A stretch of 63,979 bases of DNA, filler included. It is 10 parts of 10 records of this genome, joined end to end, with 100 filler letters (N's around TTAATTAATTAA, not from the genome) between each part and the next. Parts side by side here need not be neighbours in the genome. Positions count along the whole stretch, not along the records: positions 48,630 to 60,847 come from SRR7504441_607; positions 60,948 to 63,979 come from SRR7504441_655; 8 more parts are not named here. One strand, 5' to 3'. Position 1 is the first letter of the stretch, and every line of letters begins with the position of its first letter. The translations under genes were made by a program, and so were the position numbers. The notes beneath the pieces are model-generated. The model was not told the origin of the DNA, searched no databases, and saw nothing but the letters and a program-made list of their open reading frames with translations. Shown piece by piece: positions 56,755-63,979 of this stretch.

Positions 56755-57369
56755 TTAGGTAAGCTCGTAGCGACACAGCGGGCAGCTCCGGTGCCTGCGA
56801 GCCCATCAGGCCATCGCTACAGCCGGGCGGCGCACCGCTCGAGCCAGCGCTTCAGGCATTCTTCATGGAACTGTTGGTGCCCACACGGCAATCCCAGCCG
56901 GACCTCCAGCGCCAGCGGGGCCTGGCAAATCGCGCAACTCTCCGCACTCGGACCCGACAGCCGCGGCAGCCGCGCCACCAGATCTGGCGCGGCCGGCGGT
57001 GGCCCACTCCGGTCGATCTGACTGAGTAGCAGCTGGATTTCGGTGTCGTCTGTCGCGAACCGGTGCGCGGCCGCCCTGAGCATGGCTTGCAACGCCGTGT
57101 GGGCCGCTGGGGGAGCTTCACCCCCGAACAACGGGTCTAGCGGTGCCTCTAGGACGGTCAGCAGCGCCTCCAGTCCGCGCTCGTGCTCCTGCCCAGCTGT
57201 CCAGCCAGCCGAGCGCGCAGGGCACCCTCGTATCCAGCCCGGCCCTCGCCGCCTCGACGGCCTCCTGCAAGATATGCCCGAGCAGCCGGGAGGAGCCGCG
57301 CGCGATGGTCTGGCTCCGCCCGGGGGAAGGGCCTGCGGGCTCGGCCGGGGGCTGGTGGCCGTGCGTCAT
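56755..57369 (-). CDS. RING-H2 finger protein
   Basis: CAICQ...LPCGHQQFHEECLKRWLER|HRSCPLCRYELT* after removing a 41-nt GT-AG intron. Confidence 0.85.
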
Positions 57370-57646
57370 GAGCAGGAGCACCCTGGTGACTAGACTGTAC
57401 ACCGGGCTCGCGGACGGCGCTGGGCGAGGATGGGAGGTGGGTGGCAGCGGCGGGCCTCGCGAATCAGTGGTGTTGGCGACCGGGCGGGCCCGCCGATCGG
57501 ACCGGTACTTGGCTGGGAAGCCCCGCGGCGGCCCCTGCCTGCCAGCCATACGCCAGATCAATAAAATAACGGACGCGAGCAACTGCATCGACTCGACGGC
57601 TGGCCACAGACTGGCCGGGGAACAGCGCTACTACGGTAGTACGTAC

Positions 57647-59295
57647 ATGAGCGCGCGGCAAGTACAGCGCAGCGCGGAGCTCGAAGAGGTAGCAATGATC
57701 ATGAACCCTGGCTCCGAGGACATGGACGACCAACTGGGGCTCGTCCCGTCCGAAGCCCCAAAGCCGCACCAGGAGCCGCCCAAGGCCTCCTGGTGGGCCA
57801 TGTCCTGGCTCCTGCTCTCCGGTGCGGGCTCGGCGCCCCCGAGGAGCTCACCCTGTGTGCCCGGCAGATGTGGTAGGCAGCTCGGTGCTCTCGTTCTCGG
57901 GGGTGACTGCCACCCTGGGCTGGGTCATGTCGATCGGCTTCATGGTCCTGTTCTGCTATCTCTCTTACTACAGCGCCGTGCTCATGTCTCAGACTCGGAC
58001 CATCCTGGCCGACGTCTGCGGTGCCGGCTCCCGTTGCCGCCCTGAGCGCGATGCAGGCGTGTCCCCGGGATCGATGGGCGAGACCGCGCGGGCCGTGCTC
58101 GGGGACCGGGCGGCGGCGTGGACTTACCTGGTGGTGTACGGCATATTCGCGTTCATGGGCAACGCTTCGTACCTGCTGGTCCTGGGCACTTCGCTGGCCG
58201 ACATTTTCGATTATTTCAACCTGGGCAGCTGCCAGATTACTTCGAGCCTGTATGCGGTATTCCTGGTGCTGCCACTGGCCGCGACCACCCGCCGGCTGCG
58301 GAACGCCTCGGCGCTCTGCTTCGGCAACTTGTTCCTGATCCTGGCCGTGCTCGGGCTTTGCCTGTACCAACTGCTGGCACACCCTCCGGTCGAAAACCCC
58401 AAGACATACTTGGTCGATCCGGACTTGACAATTCTCAGCTTCTGCCAGGCCCCCAGCCGCCCGGGCCACGGCTGACAGACGGCCAGGCGATGGCCAATAT
58501 CCTGTACGCATACGCCGGGCATTGGATGTATTTTGAGATCATGGCAGAGATGAGCCACCCTCAGCACTTCCCCAAGGCCAGTCCTCCCGCCCGCCCACGC
58601 TCACGCCTGCCGCAGGTGTTTTACATCAACGCGCCTCTTCAGCTCGGCATGTACATGACCGTCGCTGTCGTCGGTGGGCCGCTGCGCTGCCCCGCGTGTC
58701 CAGCCGGCTGGCAGGGTACGCTGTGCTCGGGAGCTCGGGGGAGCACTACCTACCGGACAACCTGCCCAAAGGTTCGCTGGTCCGACTGCTGGTCCAGATC
58801 CTGCTATTCTTGCACATCGCCATTGCCATCCTGATCAAGAACGTCGCGCTCGCCCGCTTCCTGTGTGGCTCGATCTGGCCGTCTGCAGTGGACGGTCCGA
58901 GCTTTAAGGATAAACTCAGGTTTGCGGTGTGCGTGGTGATGATACTGGCAGCTGGCTGGGTGGTGTGCAATGCGATGCCGGTGTTTTACGATTTAGTCGG
59001 GCTGATAGGAGCCCTGCTCTGTGGCCCGATATCGTTCGTGCTCCCGATCTTGTTCTACTTGTTGGCCCAGATGCACTCGAATCTGCTTCACGACCCGGAG
59101 GCCAATCTGACGGTCCGAGTCAGCATGGATAGCTTCATTTCGTATGTGCGGAAGAACGTGCCCCTGCACCAGCTGGCATTCATGGGCACACTGGTGGCGT
59201 TCATTGCACTGATCATGGTAACCGGCAGCATCAGCGCAATCGAGGATATTGTGCGGCAAGCCATGGCAGGTAAAGCTTCCGTATTTCATTGCTGA
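57647..59295 (+). CDS. Amino acid/auxin permease (AAAP, Aa_trans) family transporter
   Basis: SWWAMSWLLLS|DVVGSSVLSF, ANILYAYAGHWMYFEIMAEMSHPQHFPK, MPVFYDLVGLIGALLCGPISFVLP. Five introns, two of them GC-AG (58449-58486, 58577-58615). Confidence 0.9.
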
Positions 59296-59629
59296 CAGCG
59301 CCATATGCGATGGGGACAGTGCATCCGGTTTGTCAATCGACTAAATCAAAATGTTTGAATACTATAAAGCTTAAAGACGAGTACGTACGGTGATTTCAAT
59401 AAAGCAAAACGTATGTGGTCTTTATAATAATCTAATAAGCGGCGGTTTCCCCGTCAGCTTTGCGCTGCATCGGCCGATGAGAGTGTGTTGAAGAATAGAG
59501 CAAATGCTTTCAACATGATTGATTAATTACGTGAGGATATTTCGCATTCGCATTCATTGTGCGCGCGGCGCGCAACGTTGATCCCGCAGTACCGCCTACC
59601 CACACGCTGTCGATCGTGCCACAGCACCG

Positions 59630-60150
59630 TTATCTCCCCGCACTGTCTCGTTCCGCCCCACCAGCGGCCGGCTGGCCCGCCACCCCGTCCTCCTCTTTGT
59701 TCTTCAACAGCGGGGTGAGGCCCCCAGACGGCTTGCCCTCGCTCGGGGGCTCCGGCGGCGACCCGTGCTCTGAGGCAGGTGTCGCACATTCAGCAACGGA
59801 CGGCAGTCCACTCGGCAAGTCCTCGTGCGCAGGGATGGCGCCCACGCCACACTCCATCGACTCGAGGATCGGCAGGAAGAGCGGCCTGTGCGGGACCGCG
59901 GCCTTGACCCGCATGTCGTGGAGATAGCTCTCGTGGTCGGCCACCAGCCCGCTCCCACCCACGCTTCGGGCGGAGGCGCTGCTCCCCGCAGTGGACGAGG
60001 TGACGCAGATCATCTGCCACCACACATCATGCCTGAATGGGCTCAGGTTTGCCGTTACTAGTTGCAGGCTCGAGAGCCGTCACGGTGGCAACTGAAATCG
60101 TGTGCGTATGATCCGGAGCTGGAGGTAAGCTCTTCGTCCTGATCTCCATC
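59630..60150 (-). CDS. Hypothetical protein, exon structure uncertain
   Basis: GC3-rich 3' exon YLHDMRVKAAVPHRPLFLPILES.... Upstream exons are only tentatively joinable. Confidence 0.3.
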
Positions 60151-60443
60151 AGGCGATCGGTACCTCGAGCGGTGTTTAGATAATATACATTGTACAATAT
60201 GGATGAGAAGACTTAAGTGATGAATTTGGCGGACAATAATGAATTAAACGCCCGTAACTTGTTAGAACAAAGCATCAGTCCCTAGAACCGATGGGGTGGC
60301 AATAGTCATTGTGAGCCAGGAACAGCGCCACGAGCCCGGCACCCCCGCAGCTCCATCGATACGCCACGCTCTATCCTGGCTATAAATGCGAGCGGCCAGC
60401 CTTCCGGAGCTGCATCGCCGGAGGGCCGGCGAGCGGGCCGCAG

Positions 60444-60663
60444 CTACAACTGCTTGGCGCGCATCTTCTCCAGGTCGGCCACCAGCTGGCTCTTCGGCTG
60501 CTTGATGAACGTATCCCGCACAAACAACAGGAACCAGAACCCCTGGCCCGCCGCTCAGCCCGTCGCCGGCCGCCTGCCGCACGAAGGCGAGTGCGTGCAG
60601 CCCGATGATCCCCATCAGGGCCATGAAGCCCATCCCATACTCCCCCGTGTGGGGCTGCACCAT
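60444..60663 (-). CDS. Small (59-aa) single-pass membrane protein
   Basis: MVQPHTGEYGMGFMALMGIIGLHALAF|GFWFLLFVRDTFIKQPKSQLVADLEKMRAKQL*, with one 40-nt GT-AG intron. Confidence 0.55.
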
Positions 60664-60996
60664 CGCTGCCCCCAACCGCTCAGCCCGTCAGCACCCAGCA
60701 CCCACCCGGTCGTGCCCGCCGCTGCAGTGGAAAGCTCAACGGAAAGTCTCCAGGGCGGTGCACGACCCAGTGTGCCGGCGCCTGCGAAAGCGGACGCGAA
60801 AGCGGCGGGGGAACCCGCGAGCATGCCCATCCGGCCGTGGCCGACTCNNNNNNNNNNNNNNNNNNNNNNNNNNNNNNNNNNNNNNNNNNNNTTAATTAAT
60901 TAANNNNNNNNNNNNNNNNNNNNNNNNNNNNNNNNNNNNNNNNNNNNCCACAGATTCTAGGGCTCGGCCGCTCTCAGCCACAGATTGTGTGCGCAC

Positions 60997-63966
60997 CGCG
61001 GCGGTGAGGTGGTGAGACATCCTCTCGCAAGCTTCTAGCACCAAAGGAAGCGAGTCGTCGTCGTATTTGGCAATCACTTGAAACGGCCCGAACACCTTAC
61101 CACGCAATCACGCCCGGAGAGAGCGACGCTGGGGCGGACCTCTGTACAGCAGGTGCTGAAATGCTCTTCGGACAGGAGCTGGTCTATAGGCACGAGCACT
61201 GCTGTCGGCTCTATGATGCCGTACTGGGGCGGGACGGTGTGCTCGCCTCCTGCAGCCAGCCTGCTCAGGCAGCACACGCCGGCGGTGCTAGCCACTGTAT
61301 AATTATAAAGTCTATACCCTGTAGCAGTACTATATAGTCTATACCCTGTAGCAGCACTATACAGTCTCTATACACTTTAGCAGCACTATACAGTCTCTAT
61401 ACCCTGTAGCAGCACTATTATATATAATCTACTAGTGACCCACCATTCCACTCTTTCCCTCCAAAAAGCAACTCAGCCCCTGGAATAGCCAGCAGACGCT
61501 CCGTATGTGCCAGCATCTCCTCTGTCGTATGTGACAGCACCGGCCCAATCGTGAGGTCCTCCAACTGCACAATCAAACAGTCAGCGCGACTCGCTTCAGT
61601 CCGTTAAAACCTGCCGCCGGCCAGCCAGCTGTTCAAGCCGAGGAATCAGCCCGGCGTTGTCCCAGTTCTCGTGCATAAACCTAAAAATAGCACAGCGATG
61701 GTCACAATCGCACATAATTGATCAATAAATCGGCACATGATCGACTGGGCCGAGCACTTTTGACCGGAACAGGCGTACGCGTCCTGGTCGCTCACCTGTA
61801 TTCCCTAATCAGGCAGCTGTGACGGCCACTATTCCCTAATCGGGCAGATGTGACGGCCATTATTCCCTAATCAGGCAGCTGTGACAGCCATTATGCCCTA
61901 ATAAGGCAGGCGTGACGGCCATTATTCCCTAATAAGGCAGGTGTGACTGACCCAAGCCACGTAGTCGACATCAGCCACATCAGGACCGAGGATTTTCCAG
62001 TCAAAACCAGCGTCCTCCACTCGCACCTGCCGCCGGCCGCTCTCAGCCACAAATCACGAGCCGCCGAGCGCTCTCAGGCCACAGATCACCTTGCCGTGCG
62101 TGTTGACCGCAAGCATCTCGGCCACCTCCGAGCTGCCAGTGAATTGAATCACCTGTCAGTTAATGTCCGTTAGTGTTAACTCTTGATTAATTAATAATTA
62201 ATCAGATGAGGCACCCTGTAATCTGCTCGCTCTATCACTGAGCTTGTAACAGCTCCTGTCGCGTTGAGCACCTGCAGCAGGTTGAAATTAATTAATAAAT
62301 AAATATTAATCGGGGCACGTCCATGTCGGAGCTCGGCATCCCGCAGTGGATAAGAAGCCGCACCTGCGCCACGCGAAATATGTTAACACGCTTGCCTTAT
62401 TCGGACGCGCTGTTAAGATACCAGCTGCTCCATCACGACAGTCACGTTGATCGCACTCTTGAGCATCGGCTTGTTTCCCATCATAAGCGCGCCGAGCAGC
62501 TGAGCATATGTTAACACGCTTGCCTTATTAGGCAGCGCTGTTAACATACCTGGAGTGTCGGGATTTCAAGGGGGAAGTTGAAAGGCGACACTATGGCAAC
62601 TGGCCCGAAGGGCCACCTGTCGCATTGAGTGATCACTCCCGCAACGGAAATCTATTTTTAGGATGGCATTACATAGGAGCTACTACTACTACTGCTATAA
62701 TGAGTGTTAATTAGTATATACTATCAAGTAGTTAGTCTATATAGTGTTATTACCTGTAGTTTGTGGCCATCTGACCGGCGTGATCTCCAGGCACGTTCGC
62801 TCCACCGGCGTTGAACCTGCTCCATCTAGTCAGCTGTGCCGTTACAGACACTCCTAGCGCACGCTGCTGTGCATCAACGGCAGTATTAATCATATAAATA
62901 TGATTCTATAAATAACATCGTGACTTGCCTCGGGTTGTCTCCACCGAAATTTTTCAGAAAATCCGCTGTCACCTGAACAAATCAAATCAGATCGCACCGC
63001 ACACTGCAGCCAGTTGCCGGTTAACGGATTTCCGTTGGGATAACGGTAACGGACTAATCGGGCGGTGCACGCACCTTGGTCTCGTACCAGGCTTGAAAGT
63101 AGCTCTTGGGCATCACCTGAGTCGATTCGAATTCAAATCCGACGGTTGGCCGGGCCAGCCACCCGCGCAATCAGGCAGGCGAAGAAGTCCATCACCTGTC
63201 AGTTGGGCTTAACTCTATTTTAATTCAATTCATCTCGCCTCGGGCTTGGCGAGCTCGTTCCCAGCTGCGTGGCAAATCTCGCCGTATGTGACGTACCTTC
63301 AACGGACAAATTAACGGCAAATCGGCTCACACCAGAGCAGTCAGTTACACTCATCCGCCAGCCGAGCGCCACAGCAGCCGACTATTCAAATTCAATTCGA
63401 ATTCAAATCAAATTCACAACACCAGCACTCACCGCTCCGGCTTGTACAGCGGGTTGTGCATACCGTACTTGGGCACGGCCTGGCCGTTAACTTCCGTTGG
63501 ATTTAACGGAATCCAACGGCACCTGCGCCGACCGGACGAAAGCGTCCAGTTCGTCGCCTCTGGTGTCGGGGACCAGGCAAAACTCCTCCCCTGGCCAACC
63601 TCGGCGGCTGGGGCCAACGGCAATACCGTTGAGCGGATCCAACACGCGGAACTGCTGCGCCGTGTCGGTCCAGCGACCATCCACCAGGTTGAGCACCTGT
63701 TGGTTGCTCAACGGACTTCCAACGGCAGCCGAGCCCCCTCAGGCCGGCCAACAGGCAACCGGCCCCCACCCCCCTTAGATGGCACCTTGTGCGGAGAACC
63801 GGCCGACATTTCCGTTGGATTGACTGTTGCCCAGCTCGGGGTGGCCACCTGCCGCCCGATCAGGCAACTGTGACGTCCCGGGCCCGACCGTTGCGGGGAA
63901 GCCGTCGCCCGGTGCCGCCCGTCGGCTGAAGGCTCGGGCGCCGCGGAGAGGAGCGGCGCGCCACAT
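60997..63966 (-). CDS. ALDH12: ALDH12-type delta-1-pyrroline-5-carboxylate (glutamate semialdehyde) dehydrogenase, mitochondrial; 21 exons, 3' truncated
   Basis: Manual splicing of 21 exons (33-121 nt, 1410 nt total) gives one open frame. It reads transit peptide MWRAAPLRGARAFSR, then LDPLNGE, HNPLYKPERY, RWPFGPVAIVSPFNFPLEIP, FTGSS, VEDAGFDWKILGPD, DQDAYACSGQKCSAQS (catalytic Cys), EVFGPFQ and ERMSHHLTAA. Confidence 0.95.
61310..61420. repeat. Tandem repeat, 27-29 nt unit x4 (TCTATACCCTGTAGCAGCACTATACAG), inside ALDH12 intron 19
   Basis: Read directly from the sequence. Confidence 0.9.
61799..61947. repeat. Tandem repeat, 31-nt unit x~5 (TATTCCCTAATCAGGCAGCTGTGACGGCCAT), filling ALDH12 intron 16
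   Basis: Read directly from the sequence. The array makes up nearly the whole 156-nt intron (61796-61951). Confidence 0.92.
62364..62549 (-). repeat. Pair of near-identical palindromic introns (62500-62549 and 62364-62421), introner-like
   Basis: 40 of the first 44 nt from the GT donor are identical. Intron 11 has a 10-bp terminal inverted repeat TATGTTAACA...TGTTAACATA. Confidence 0.85.
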
Positions 63967-63979
63967 TTCCGTTAGCTGC

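Noticed and set aside
62364-62549. Two palindromic ~45-nt direct repeats around a ~80-nt spacer, resembling a mini CRISPR array
   Set aside because: The spacer is ALDH12 exon 12 and the repeats are GT-AG introns. There are only two units and no cas genes.
61793-63851. A dozen same-strand CACCTG (E-box-like) motifs
   Set aside because: They are CAG|GTG splice junctions of the minus-strand ALDH12 gene.
1-63979. Stop-codon reassignment as the cause of fragmented ORFs
   Set aside because: In the conserved genes traced, interruptions are resolved by short introns or single indels, and TAA, TAG and TGA all terminate genes.

Overview
This window is not one locus. It is ten short contigs of a GC-rich, gene-dense eukaryote, joined by artificial 100-nt linkers (N44-TTAATTAATTAA-N44). 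The organism is probably a flagellated protist, since it encodes IFT140 and Sfi1-like and LRRC45-like genes. Most genes carry a few 35-55 nt spliceosomal introns, which explains the fragmented ORF track. Several introns have GC donors, 3' ends are often G-rich, and many genes sit head-to-head about 0-135 bp apart. Two results stand out. (1) Contig 15512-21007 encodes a spliced protein of about 1360-1700 aa whose core matches the RAG1/Transib transposase motif by motif, with a D-D-D-type triad, a ~300-aa helical insertion, apparent loss of the zinc ligands and a frameshifted C-terminal extension. (2) The last contig looks non-coding in the ORF track but is an ALDH12-type P5C dehydrogenase gene split by 21 introns in 1.41 kb of coding sequence. 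Several of those introns are near-copies of each other, are hairpins with terminal inverted repeats, or are tandem arrays, which suggests introner-like intron gain. Also present are a JAB/MPN+-like protein, a zeta-toxin-like kinase fragment and several unusual domain fusions. All calls come from manual reading and remembered family motifs; no searches were run.
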